From: Lama glama
Taxonomy: Eukaryota
Assembly: GCA_028534125.1 (NCBI GenBank)
Contig: CM052836.1
Span: 4,712,001-4,776,000, forward strand
Direction of reading: 5' to 3'
DNA: 64,000 bases
Under the pieces are notes generated by a model that was given only the letters and a program-made list of their open reading frames with translations, was not told the DNA's origin and ran no database searches. A program made the translations under genes and the position numbers. Positions 13,760 through 26,800 of the stretch are shown here, one piece after another (the stretch's first letter is position 1; each line of letters begins with the position of its first letter).

Positions 13760-14960
13760 CCCCACTGTCCTGTACACCAATGGCGCGGCCGCGGCCGGCC
13801 TCTTCTTTTCCAGTGATTGGTGTCTAGGGCCCCTCCGCTCCACCCCGGCCCGCCATGGCGTCAGGCGCCGCAGCACCGGGGAGGTGGTTCCCACTTTAAA
13901 GAAGTGAAGTTTTTCGCCCCCTCCCCCTCCCCGCCCGCCTCCTGCAGCCTCCCGCGCCCCGCGGAGCCGGCGGATGGAGCTACGCTGCGGCGGCGTAGGG
14001 AGCCAGGCTGGGGGGCGCAGGATGGATGGGGACAGCCGAGATGGCGGCGGCGGCTGCAAGGACGCCGGGTCGGAGGACTACGAGAACCTGCCGACCAGCG
14101 CCTCCTTATCCACCCACATGACAGCCGGAGCGATGGCCGGGATCCTGGAGCACTCGGTCATGTACCCGGTAGACTCAGTGAAGGTGAGGCGCTAGGGGAC
14201 TTTGGGGACAGAGCGAACCGAGAGGAGACCCCGCGCGTGTGCGTTTGCATCCCGCGCAGGAGCAGCCGCGGGGCAGCTCCCCGAAACCGCGCTCTCCCCG
14301 GGGCCGCGGCGTCCCGGATCTCCCGGGGCGCTGGCGCACACGCAGCCGGGAAGCCGGGGAGCGCGCTGCGCAGCTCCTTCCGCTGCGCGCCCGGGCCCTG
14401 GGGGCGGCCCCCGAGCCCACGAGGGTGCCCCAGCCGGTGCCCCGCTCCGCCGCTCCCGCCGCGTTCCCGGCCGGGGTTCCTGGCGGCGCTGCGGCAGGTC
14501 AGGAGAAGCGGCGAGCGCCGCTGGCCTCGGTGGCGGCGGCAAGGTTCCCGAGGGAGGCGGCCGGTGTGGCTTTGCACAGTCTGACCGCGTCTGGCCACGC
14601 GATCGGAGGGTTTGCGGTCCCGGGTCATCGCGGTTCCTGCTGGCGAGCCCGGTGTCCCAGCCGCGGCGAGAGACAGCCGCCGGTCGGTGCGGGGTGGCCG
14701 AGGCTGCTCACACGTGTTCTGTCCCCGAGGGACTTGCTGCCGGAGCGCTCACCGCGCTCGCGCCGAGAAACGTGGCCCCGGCCCGGCCGCGCGCCCTCCG
14801 GCAGCCGGCAGCCTAGCAGCTGAGAGGCGGCGGGTGACATTTGCCTTCCCTTTTTGTTGCAGGGAGGCGGGCAGGCAGGGAGAGCGTGTGCTAAACAGCC
14901 TTTCTTACGGGTTGTGTAATAGGCGTTCAGTTGGCCCGGCACTTGCCGGGTAGTTTTAAA
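13760..14960 (+). promoter_or_regulatory. SLC25A37: CpG island and SLC25A37 promoter
   Basis: Very GC- and CpG-dense over exon 1 and the start of intron 1. CCAAT near 13778, inverted ATTGG near 13816, YY1-like palindrome CGCCATGGCG at 13851-13860, GC boxes near 13915-13940. Boundaries are approximate. Confidence 0.9.
13974..14183 (+). CDS. SLC25A37: Mitoferrin-1 coding exon 1 (aa 1-70)
   Basis: Encodes [70 protein letters not shown], the mitoferrin-1 N-terminus with carrier signature PVDSVK. 210 nt, phase-0 donor AAG|gtgagg, inside a CpG island. Confidence 0.97.
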
Positions 14961-17007
14961 TGAGTTTCTGTAAGGAGGCAGCTTCGGCCAGGCGGATTTT
15001 GCCTGAGCGGCTCGCTGTCAGTGTTTAGGGGACAGAGTGCTGCAGGGAAGTAAGAGCAGTATTGTCACATTGCACTTTTGTAGGCATAACTCATCCGATT
15101 CATACAGATTAACAGATGAAGAAACCGAGGCGCAGGGAGGTGAACGGGTTAGTTTCCCAGATTCATGCTCCATCTGTATCCTCTGACTGCAGCCCCAGTG
15201 CGCTTTTGGAGATTTGGAGGGGGGGCCTCTCTAGGTGTCAGTTGCTTTCAAAGGTAGGACCCACAGAGCTTCCCAGCTTGCGTCTGTATCCTGTTGCTGA
15301 TGCTGGCCCCACATGAGCAGTGTAAAGGCCAGAATGTCTAACACAGAGGGTTTCCCCTGCCCTGGGCAGCCCTCAGAGATAGCAGTCAGTGGCTGGACAG
15401 ACACAGGTCCAGGGAGAAGGCATGGGTGCACTTAGGTGAGGCCCAAGTCTTATACTGTGCTGCTGGGTCTTGGGCCATCACCCCTTCTGCCCCTCCGGCA
15501 TCCCAGTGGAGAATTAAAGGAATGGTCCTTGCCTGCCAGGGTTACGGAGGCCACGGGGAGATCTTGTCTCTTAGGTTTCCGAAGCAGCTCCAGGAAAAAT
15601 CCTGGACAGATACCAGGTGGCATTTGCATAGGAAAGAATCCCTCACGTGTAATAAAATTCCCCACATTTGAAGCTGTTGTGTCAAGTGCCTTGGACAGAG
15701 TGTGGGAAAGTTAGGAGCTGGGAGGTGTTATCTGAGCAGGCACCGGACCCACTGAGTCACGGAGATGAATGTTCCATCAGGGAGCTATTCTGTTTCTGAG
15801 GCCCGTGGCCTCTTTGCTGTGAGTTTGGCTCAGGGCATCATTTTAGCTTATCTTTAGCATTAGGACTAGTCAGTCGGGCCTTTTGAGCTCCCTGCAACAC
15901 TGCAAAGAGGCACTGGTCTCACGTGTTTAAACTGTGTGATCTGTGTTTAGTTTTCTCCCCGCCCCTCCTTCTCCCCTGTGGATGTTGGTATGTTTCGATC
16001 CAGGCGTCACTGTGTACTTAGTATTACCTTCTGCAGCAGTTTTCACCTGGGGACAGGTTAATATGGTGTGCGTGGCAGAAGGAGCTGGTCTGGCTGTCCT
16101 GGACAAGTCATTCTTTGGGGCCTGGCTGTAACGTGAAGGTTTGGGTTAGCGAATCAGTAAGGTCTTCTAGGTTCTGGGATTCTAATTCTGTCCCCAAATA
16201 ATGACCCTTAGGGATTCTTCCGGTTTTTAGCGTGCAGGTTTGGCTTTAAAGCACCTCTTGTTTTTTGCTATAACTTTCTGGGATTGCCCTTTGCATTTTG
16301 CAGCCAAGACAAAGGGCACAGAGAAGAGTTAAGAGGTGTGAGCCCCGCTGCATGACCCCAGCAAGGCTGTAGCAGACTGCCAGGCTACGCCAAGCAGCAC
16401 AGTTGTCTGTCCAGCACGAGATATCAGGGAGCGTGCTCTACTTGGAGAACCTGTGTTCTTAAATATTTGGGATGACAGAGACTGTGAGTAACTGAGTGAA
16501 GAGCACAGGGTTGGGGTTGAAGCCCTGCCCTTAACTTGCTTCATGCCTTAGGCACTGTTCTGTACCCTCATATTGTCACTCGTAAAACAGAGGCTGTGGA
16601 CCAGGTCAGTATTTCCCATTTTTAACCTGTCCCCCTTTCTATGGACACAGAACACTCAATGTTCTCTTTTATGTTCCTTGAGATTTCAAGTAATTATTAC
16701 ACCTGAAGCCGAATCAATGTACATCGTATCTTGAAAAAGTTTACTTTGATTTTATAAGGTACACATTTTTAAGATTGATCTTTTGAAGGTCAGTGAGTGT
16801 GTTGGATGGGCCTGTGTTTTCTAATTTTTCTCTCCTAGATAGTGTGGACCATGGGGCTCAGGACTGGTCACTTTCAACCCGCTTTTAACGAGCTGCTAGA
16901 CTGGTCATAAGTGCAGAAAGCCAGCCTTGCTGATGCTTCATATTGTAATATTAAATACACTTACCCATGAAGTCCCATTCCACCCCCACCATGTCACTTT
17001 AATGACC

Positions 17008-17250
17008 TGTGTTTTTCAAACTGTGGGTGGTGACCCATTAGTGGGAGCAACATTTTAAAAAAGCCAGATTGGTGAGAGTACAAAATACAAGCATGTATTT
17101 TGTGGTGTGAAGTAAGGAGCAGTATTGTTCCATGAAATTCTGCTTTTGTGTGTGTGTGTGCGTGTGTGTGTGTGTGTGTGGTGGTCCTTGAGTGGCTGTG
17201 TGAAATGCACTTCTGGCTGGGGGTTATGACCAAAAAAGTATGAAAAACTC
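17008..17250. mobile_element. hAT-Charlie-like DNA transposon remnant with (TG)n
   Basis: ttttcaaactgtgggtggtgacccattagtggg...accaaaaaagtatgaaaa; TG repeat at ~17148-17180. Confidence 0.5.
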
Positions 17251-20200
17251 TAAACCTAGTAATCTCGAATGCCTCTGGGGCTCCAGCAGTCAACAGCCTG
17301 TGATTATTAAGTGGGTATTTGGAAGACTTCTGGCAACTTTTCTGCTCCTTCCTGTGTCTTCCTGTCTCACTTAGCCACACGGTGGTGGCTTGTGAGTGTT
17401 TACTAATCTATCAAGGGCCAGGCTGCTGGGACCTCTGATTTTCTCCTGTCAGTTCCGACCCCCCGCGGTGGTACCAAGGGAGGGGGCGAGGGGACTCCGT
17501 GGGCCTTTCACCAAAGGGTAACCACAGCTCGTCCCTTTCCGACTGGGCCTTTGCGGCAGGTCTGCCGGGAGCCTCTTCCTGGTGCTCCGGAGTGGCCGGT
17601 GGCGTGGGCGCCTAGACCAGCACTTGGGGTGGATGTGAGAACCCCTGGTCGGGAGTGCTTAGGACTGTGGGGAGAATGCCAGGTGGGTGGAGGAGGAAAT
17701 TCCAACCAGATTAGGCACACCACTCGGAGACCAGGCTGAGTCCCGCGCTGGTGGTGAAAGCAGGGCCAGAAGGAAACAGGAAAGATTTGAAGCGAGGGAA
17801 CTTCCGCCGACCCTTTCACAGCCCTTCTCTTGCTCTGCTTGTCAGGGAAACGCTGTCCGTGGCTCTGCGGGGGGGAAGCCCTCCTTCCCAGCCGGGGTGC
17901 AGGCTGATCGCAGGGCGCTGACAGCCGGCGGCCGAGGGTTAAGGCCCAGCCTTCTCTCGAGGAGCTGGTGGGTGCCGAGCCAGTTGGAAGGCCTGCTTGG
18001 CTTCGGGGGTTTCTGTCGCCAGCCCTGCCGAGCTCGGAGCAGCGGCCTTGAGCCGGGCAGGTGCCAGGGCGGCTGGGCATTCTTCCACTTCAGAGCTTGC
18101 TTGTCCTGGTCCCAGCAGTGCAGCCGACTGCTGGGGTCCTCGGGGGGCAAAGGCAGCTGCCAGAGTCCCCTCCCAGCCACTCCAGTGCTTTTGAAACCAC
18201 ATACAGTCCAGTAGATGCCATTCCGCTTCCAAAGGGCGTGAAGTCCCTGATTGCTCTAGCTCTTGTAACAAAATTAGTGTTTTTTCTGTCTCCTTCAGAT
18301 CCCACCCCTCCTTTTTTTCCCTGTCCTCCTTCAGTGGGAGGTTCTTTTCTAAAAGGTGGATTGCGGAGTGGCATGGGGTCCGAAAAGGAGGCCTCTTGGA
18401 CTTCTGGCCTGTTGTCTGTTTCATGAACACCCAGGCCACGTGCTGATGTCCAGGGCCTGGGTCTGCGCTGCTGGAGGAGTGGGGGTGGGGATCGCACGGG
18501 TCCCGGAGTCAGCAGTTGGTCCCCACGTGACCACTTTCCTGCCTGCCACTGGCCCCCTCTGCCCAGAATGGGGGAGGGGGAGGCTGGGCCAGAGGAGTTG
18601 GAGGGGAGCCCCTAGGATTACAGTGGGCATGGATGGTGGCCTTAGCTCTCAGTAGGGAGCGGCACTGGGATCTTATGGGGGATATCGATTACATTATTTA
18701 ACCCGTGCAGGGGTGTGCACGGGGTGGGGTGTGTCCCGTGGAAGAGAGTTGCTGCTCTGTGGAGTAGGCCTCCCATATGTTTCCTGGTTTCCACCGGGCA
18801 CGTCTTAGCCGCCTGGGGACCTCTCATTGATGAGGGTTTTGTCCCATTGTTCTTTGGGGTGGTGACCAATCTCAGGACTTTAGTCCCGCTTTCCTTCTTT
18901 CACAGGCTTGGGCTCTGGACCCCTTCCATCTTCAGGAGGGTTCCCTTTCCCTGACCCAGTGGAGGAACTGGCTGCTGTGTTCAAGGAAGCCTTTGGCGGT
19001 CCCTCTTAGAGCCCAGAACTTTCTTTCTCTTTTCATATCTCCCCTGGTGTGCAACCTTTCCTTTTCAGAGACTTTTCCTTTTGTTTTTAATCTCGATTGT
19101 GAGTTCTGCTTCGCTCAAAGCCTGCCCTCCCCTCCCAGCCTCCACCTGGAATGTTCACTGCCACCATTTTTCCTGGGAGGCAGGTCTCCAATCACTTTCT
19201 CTTTCACTGCAAACCTGCTCCGTCTGAGCTGCGATTTCTCCCGCTCAGAGAACCATCTTGGAGCGATTCAGATCCTGGCCTTGGGTTTACCGGTCGGGTG
19301 GGACACTTTGCTTTTCAGAGTTCTAGTTTCCTTATCTGTCATGAATTTTCTTCCTGCTTTCTCTCTCCTGAGCCACCTTTCCTCCTGTCCTTATTTTCCT
19401 GTCATCCCTCGTGGAAGTTCCTTGTAACACACTCCCTCACCTCTTCCCCGAGTGTTCCTTCCTCCTCCTCTGCTGGTAGAAATCCAGCTCTTCTCCTGAG
19501 GTCCCCACTTCCCTGAGCCTCTCAGGTAAGGGTGGTGCCCTCTTACTGTTCCTCGCCCAGCCTCTCCCTCTTTGAGGCCCCTGCCGTCCACTTCCACCAG
19601 CATCCGTCCCTCATGTCTCCCGATCACTACTCACCTCAGCCTCCATCGGGGCCGGGATGGGTGGGGACAGGGGCCTTGAAGCCTGTCTGCGTGGCCTGGG
19701 TCCCACTTCCCATTTGGTGTGACCTGGGGCAAGTTTCTTCCCCTCTCTGCCCAGTTTCCCCATCTGTAAAAAAGAGGAAAGGTGGTCCTGGTGTTGGGGT
19801 GGCTGTGAGGGTGTAAGTCCTGAGAGCGCTTAACCGAGCCTCCTGTGTGGGAGGTGTCCTCCGGGCGTGAGCTCTCTGTTTCATCACCACTGTCGTCATC
19901 CACGTGGGGTCCAGTCACTCCCCCTCAGTCTCCGGCTGTTCCTCCACCACCAATCCCATCCTCATCCTGAGAACAGCCCCTGTTGGTCACCAGCCGTCGA
20001 ACACCCAGTCCCCTCCATTCTTGACGCCCTCAGGTGGATGGCCTTTACCTCCGCTGGCCTTGTCCTAACCCAGGACCTTGCTTGCTCTGAAATCGTATGT
20101 AGCCTGGCCACCGCTGTCTCATGGTCCCCCTGTGCTAGGTCTCCTGCCTCCTCTCTCGGCCCATCCCTACCTTCCTTATCTCACCTGGACCCTACGGTCC

Positions 20201-21479
20201 ACCACTGCAGCCACTCTCGGGCCTGCGGTTTCTCTGCCTTTGGTGCTTCTAACGCTGGCCTGCCCACCCCTGGTCCCCACCAGCCCAGTGGTCCGTTGGG
20301 CAGCGGAGCCCTTTAGGAGAAGCCTCCACTGGTACCCTGCATGCTAGGCCTCTGGGGCCCCCAGCCTGGCTTTGCATCTTCCTCTACAGCTGCTTCAGCC
20401 CATCCTGCTCCTCAGACCCCACCCCTCCACTTTTTTCAGCCTCAGTGTGGCATCTGGCTTCCTGTTCATAGAGGAACCAGGACCCTGGTCAAACTCTTAA
20501 GGGTGACGTGTAGGAACCACCCCATATACATGGATTTGAATCCTGGCCCTGCACCTGGGCCACCTTACTTGACCTTTTGAAGCTCAGTTTCCTTGTCTGC
20601 AGAGTGGGGGTATTAATCCCAGGGCCTCCAGCGTTGTCAAAAGAATTAAGTGAGGTGACGTATGGAAAGCTCTCACTGCAGTGTCTGGCGCCTAAGTTCT
20701 CAATAAAGGTCATAGTAGTGGCTATTCTGGTCATCTGTCTCATGTGTAACCCAGTTCCAGTATCATTAGCCTTCCCTCCCATTGGTGCCTTCTTAGAAGC
20801 ATTCATATGTCCACGCTTGTCCCATCTTAAATCCCCAGATGGCTCACCTTGATCCCATGTGCCCCGAGAGTTTTTTCTCCTTTAAATAACAAATGTTATG
20901 AAAGGATGGTTGACACTCACTGTCTACCTCCTCTCCTTGTCCCTTCCCAGGCCTCTGGCTTTTGTGCCCACCGCTCTGCTGAGCCCCCCCCCCCCATGAT
21001 GCTAGTTGTCTCCTGGCTCATAAATCCCACCGTGGTCTTCCTGGCCCCTCTGATGATGGGCAGCGTCCTGGTCTTCCTTAGAACTCCGCCCTCCACTCTC
21101 TTTTCTTCGACTCCAGTCCTTCCTGGGTCCTCAGAACTTCGTAGACTGCACATCTGTGACTCCAGTCCAGTCTCCGTGGGAGCTGGGTGTCCAGTTGCCT
21201 TGAAGACGTGTCCACTTGGCTGCCTCGGTGTCCAGTGTGGACATCCTGCCCTCCCCTCTGGCCTGCCCTTTGGCCGGGCGCCCCCCTCAGAAATCTGGTG
21301 ACCGTCTACAGTGTTTCTCCTGCCTCTGCCCCTCTCTCCCTCACCCCACCCCATCCGCTACCAAAACCTGTCCGCTCCTGCATCTGTAATGTCTGTTAAA
21401 TTGGTCCTGCTCTCCTCCCACTGTTAATACCTAGGTTCAGGGGACTCAGCTCCTTCTGCTTTACATTGACACCTTCCCT

Positions 21480-21812
21480 GATCACTAGTCACAGTGGAAT
21501 AAACCCTCCCCACCCCTCCCCTCCGCTCGTCCATACTTTGCTGTTGCCCGGCCTGCTTTTTCTCCAGAGCACGTGTTACCTTATGGAGCACAAGACTGTT
21601 AGCTGACACATGTTGTTTATGTTGTTTATTACTTTCTTCATATTTGTAGCATGATCTCCGTTGTGCATGGTCTGTCTCCCCTCCTTGGAATGTCAGCTCC
21701 CAGCAGGCGGGAGAGATTTTCACTCTGTTTATTCTCTGGTGTGTTCCCATTGCCAGGAACCGTACCCAGCACACAGTAGGTGCTCAGTTAAGTGTTTGTG
21801 GAATGAATGACC
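21480..21812 (+). mobile_element. L2 3' end
   Basis: gaatgtcagctcc...cagcacacagtaggtgctcagttaagtgtttgtggaatgaatga. Confidence 0.75.
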
Positions 21813-23309
21813 ACAAATCCTTCATAGCTGCCCACTCCCACCTCGGCCCCCCGGCTTCCTGGCTGACTGCAGTTTTCTCTCCTTAAATGGGGAAGAGTAA
21901 CAGTACTCATCCTGCTTGCCTTTCAGATCTACTTACTGCCTCTTGGAAGACAATGCAGCCAGGTTTGCAGTGAACGCAGCTTAAGTGTAAAGCTCTCTGC
22001 TGATGCCTGGCCGTGGTATTATCAAACCGGGATTGTGTTAAAGGGGTAAGCTTAGCTGATCGGAGTGGAAAATCCATCCGGTTCTCCGCGGTGGAGCAGA
22101 GCTTACAAGGGGGCAGAGGGGGCTGAGGGGCAGCCCCATGGTGTCAGTTCACACCTGGTGGTGTCTCCCCCTACCTGACCCGCCCCTAGCCATCCCCGTT
22201 GCCTTCAGAATAAAGCCTGGACTACCTTGAGTGGTGGGCAGAGACCCAGACCCTCTCCCCCTCTTACCCTCTCTGACTCTTGCTGAATGGATGAAGGCAC
22301 AGTTGTTTTAAAGAGACATTGAGGGGAAAAAAGGGCTCTAAAACCTGCTATTAGACAAACGCTAGTTTTTAGTTTGTTTTGTTTAGTGTTGTTTGGAATC
22401 CCTAACGTCTCTTGGCCACAAAGGGATTTTCTCAGCCCTTTTGTTTGTCCCTTTTTTTCGCAGTAGAACCCGCAAGGCCCGGTGTACCCCGAGGAGGCTG
22501 TTAATTCATCTGGCAGCCCACTTCATTCATTCCTCACTTCCTGACCACACTCCCTGCACCGGGCGACAGAAATAAGCCCTGGCCTCTGTGTCTAGAGCCT
22601 GTTCCTTATAATTAGATCCTGAGCTTAGGTGACAGGACGGCTCCCTTTGAAGAGAGGAATAGGCCCACTTGGTATTTACTTTATAATGGGCTGGGGTGTG
22701 TGGACTCTGGACCGCTCAGGCTGCCATCGTGAAGGTCTGGAGCCAGCTGGGGAGTGTCATTGGGGCGTCTGTGCCGGACACTCTTGAATTGGCTCCTTCC
22801 CCTGTTGGAGACAGTGGCCCTCAGTTGTACTGCCCTCCCCCACCCCCCATCCTCTTCCTCACCCCTGCGGTTGTTAGTCATTCTGGAAGCTGCAATTGGC
22901 TCACAGAAGGTGCCTTTCAGAGCCTCCCCCACCCTACCAGTAATCCCAGCCGGCGGGAAGGGCCGTTGTCTGGTCACTGAGAGGTGTTAAGGGTTCACAT
23001 TCGTGTTTTCTCTCTGAAGAGAAAACAAAACATGTTGAAATAGAAATCCCAGCAGCAGCTTCGCTGAAGCAAGAGTTGCATAACAGGTTTAGGAAACGTC
23101 TGGCCACCGTGGGCCAGGTTGAGGGACGGCAGCTTCGTGTCACTGAGAGGACGTCTTGTGGGGTCACCAGCCTCTGGCTCCATTGCTCACATCCCACCTG
23201 AGGTCTGGTGGCAAGAAAGCCCCCAGAGGATGAGGACAGCCTTTGTTCTCTGGCATGGCCATAAAGGCTCCATTTGAGATGCTGCCGTGGGCAGGGGCCG
23301 GGCGGGTGG

Positions 23310-23337
23310 GTGTGTGTGTGTGTGTGTGTGTGTGTGT
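23310..23337. repeat. (TG)n microsatellite
   Basis: Direct read. Confidence 0.95.
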
Positions 23338-23639
23338 AGCTTGTGCCGGTGTTGAGGCCCTAGAAAGGGCACTGAACAGGGCAAGGGGCAGGCCCCATGA
23401 ACTTAAGTCCCAGTCCTGCCACTGATCAGCTTTGAACCCTTGGACGGGTTATTTCTCTGGGCTGGTGTTTCCTTGTCAAGCAGACTGTTATTGGGCCCCT
23501 AGACGAACATCATCTACTTACCTACTTGACAGGGCTGTTGAGAAGCTCGCGTGGGATCCCATTTGCAGGCAGCTTTTGTAAAACTTTGATACACCCAACT
23601 AATGAAAGATCCTATCAGAGGCAGTGTGCTCAGTGACTG

Positions 23640-23845
23640 AGTAGAGCTGGTCAGGTTAACAGTGCAGGCTTGGGGCCAGACTCCCTGCACTGGCACTGAA
23701 ACCTCTCTGTGCCTTATTTTTCTTATCTGTGAAATGGGGATTACACAGTAGACACCTCAGGGCGCTGCTATGAAAATCATGATCCAACCAGAGTGTCACG
23801 AATCGTGTCGGGTGCGTGGTGAGCACTCACTTCATATTAGTTCCT
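23640..23845 (+). mobile_element. MIR SINE
   Basis: aacctctctgtgccttattttcttatctgtgaaatgggga core. Confidence 0.7.
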
Positions 23846-26800
23846 ATTGTCATTTTGGAAAATGTTATTTCTTGAATACCTGGTTATGCTTGCGTGTTGC
23901 TGTTGTAATTGTATATCACAGTATTTTTGTATTGCTTGGGCCTGTTTTCTGTCATTTGATCCTCTTTGCTCTCCTTTGAAGGTGGAAAAAGGCGTGCACA
24001 GATTCTGATTTCATCGATGAGAAAATTGAGCTTCAGAACAATAATCGCCCTGGAACTCAGGCCTCTTTCTGCTCTGCCAGAGCTGAAGGGGGAGAGTCAA
24101 GGAAAGGAATCAGGTGGGAACAGGCAAGCCTGAGGTGCAGACTCAGATGTTAATGACGGCAGAGCCCTCGAGCTAGGTTCTGAGAGGAGGTGATGGGCCC
24201 CCAGCAGCATTCTTGAGGGGGAAGAACTGGAGTAGAGGGAGCATCAACAGAAAATCAAAGCGGGGCATGGAACACAGGGCTCTAATGTATAGGTAGGAGT
24301 TCCTTGGTTGACTATTCCAGTATGCAGGGCAAGGGGATGATGACACATGGCGATTGTCATAGGATATTTTGGGCTCTGTCTGGCTTCTCTCTCTGGAGCA
24401 AATTGCAGCTGCTCTGATACGTTCTCTTTTCAGCAGTGAGTCAAAGTTGGACTAAGACAGTAATTTGAATTTGGATTGGCCTGAAGATTCCTTTCCAGAT
24501 CATAGCCTAAAAATGACCTGTTGGGAAGAGCGCTGGGCTTCAGTTTTCTCATCTTAAATAGGGAAGAGTGACAGTGCCTGTCTTGCCTCCCTTTCAGGCC
24601 TATTTATCACATCTAGTTAAAAAAATATATAGCCAGGTTTGCAGTGAACAAACCTCGATACCATTTAAAAAGAATAAAGCTCTCTGCAGGTGCCAGGTCA
24701 TGGTATTTATTATCACGCTGGGATCCTGTTGAAGGGGTGAGGTTAGCTCATTGGAATGGAAAATGCAGGCTCTGGTTCCAGCTGCTACAGGACTGGCTGT
24801 AGCTTCGTGGCCCTGGGCACTTAACCTCTCTTCTTACACACGGTGTCTCCCATCTGTTGGATAAAGACCAGGGTGGCCGTCTGCTGCCGCCTCTTGAGCT
24901 GGGTAATGGGGCTGTTCTCCAGGCGTGCTCAGAAACACATTTAAAATTGATGAGGTAGGACCAGTGATGAGAGGGGCTGCATACGGCTTCTGTGATTAAA
25001 GCCGGTGATTAGGCCACCTTTAGGGGGTGAGGGCCCTGTTCCTCTCTGTGGGGTGATCATTCTGTAGGCTCACTCTCATTTTTCAAGTGAGCCCGCCCCT
25101 TCAAGTGGCAGGCAGATGAGGCTGGGGACCTGGGCAGGTGGCTAATTGTCCTGGAGCTGGTCTCTGTGTCTCTGCTGATTCCCTTTCCCACCGTGGTCCC
25201 TCCCATCTCTGTTGTCCTTGGTTGCTCACAACTGCTGACATAGAAAAGTAGTAACAGGGGCGGAGGTAGGACACAGATGCCTCTGTGTTGGGGTCCCTGG
25301 TCCTCCTTTCCTCACGCCACCTACAGGGAGGGTTTTGCTGGTGCTTAGCTTTGTCCTGGGCATGGCAGTGAGTGTGGAGGGTGGGGGGTGGGTGCTGGCA
25401 GCCTGCAGGAAGCGTGCCGGCCAAGCTTGCTGGGGCCAGGGACACGCTGGCCACTGCCTCTGATAGAGGATGTCCCATGGGTGTCCCGGGGCTGTCTCCA
25501 GCCTAGATTAAAGGAGCGAGTGGTGGGCTGATGATCAGATTGGAGAAGTCAGAGCAGAGGAACGGAGGGGAAGCTTTTCTAAAGGAAAGAAGATGCGGGT
25601 GGAAGGGCAAACCCAGGGTGTGTCATTGATTGAAGATCCAAGATGGTCTCTTTCCTTAGTCACTGTCTCCACGGCTTGTTTGCTCATGGCTTGCATGAGC
25701 CTGATTCATAGAAACACCTCTACCAAGGAGGAGTTAAAAGGCATTTGCAAAAGTGCAACTTCAACCCCTGGACTTCACTAAGTGACTAATTAAGCAGTGG
25801 GAGCATCTGGGATGTGCCGGGCGCCCGGGAGCCGAGAGGCCTGACACCTCCTCGGTCTCTCCCCACAGACCTGTCTGTCAGGGAAGACAGAGGCATCAAG
25901 GAACCATTCCTGGAGAGGGTCATGAGCCTGTCCTCACGGAAACTGAACCTCCTCAGGAGAGGTCAGGAAAGGGCCCCTCAAAGAAATAACATCTTGCATC
26001 CGTATCTAGGCTGAAGGAGATGTAGATATTAAAACCGAGCTATATGACTCTCTCTCCCCTAGAATGTCATGGCCTGGCCACCATCAGGACACCTGTCCCC
26101 TCCCCTGACTCTCTGATTTTGGGGTTCTGCTCCAAGCCTTCTGACCACAGAGTCAGCTGAGAAAGTTTTCGTGGTTTGCGATTACACTGGAGTCTTCAGG
26201 CGGGACCTGCCCCCTATTCTGAAATTGCTTCTTTTGCCCCCTGTCCTGAAATTTTAATTCCCTGTTTGGCCACCAAGGGGCTGCGTGGGGGCTTCTAGGG
26301 AAGCCCAGCCTCCTCCCTGGGTGGGAACTTGCCCTGCAAAGCTGAAGACCAGAGGAGGGCGAAAACAGGGAGGCAGGGAGGAGAGCTGTCCCGTCCAAGG
26401 CATGTCGGCTCATCATTGGTTCATAATTGATGGGGAACACGAGTGGCAGGTGCCAGCTGGAGCAGCAGCCAGACCAGTGGCTAAAAATTAAACACAGTCA
26501 CGTGACTGGTAGAGGTTGAGGGCTTGCCTGCATGACCTTTCCTGGCCCAAGTCACAGTTTGTAGGGTGACAGGAGAGTCATGACAAACAGTGCAGGTGAC
26601 CATGTGTTTTCTAAAGGACTGAGATGGACCTGGAGCATCCCCAGGGACCTGTTCTCGACACTCAGATGCCTGTCTCCTGCCGTGTTGCTTTCTAAAGGCA
26701 GCTGAATAGCTGGACACTCCTTCCCGCTCTCTCTGTCCTTTGAGCCAGTCTCTCTCTGGTGGACCCTCCTATCAGATGCGGAGGGTTCAGTTCCTGATCT

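Noticed and set aside
13742-14953. Many long overlapping ORFs (up to 255 aa) around exon 1
   Set aside because: CpG-island composition suppresses stop codons; the products are low-complexity Arg/Gly/Pro/Ala with no recognisable domain.
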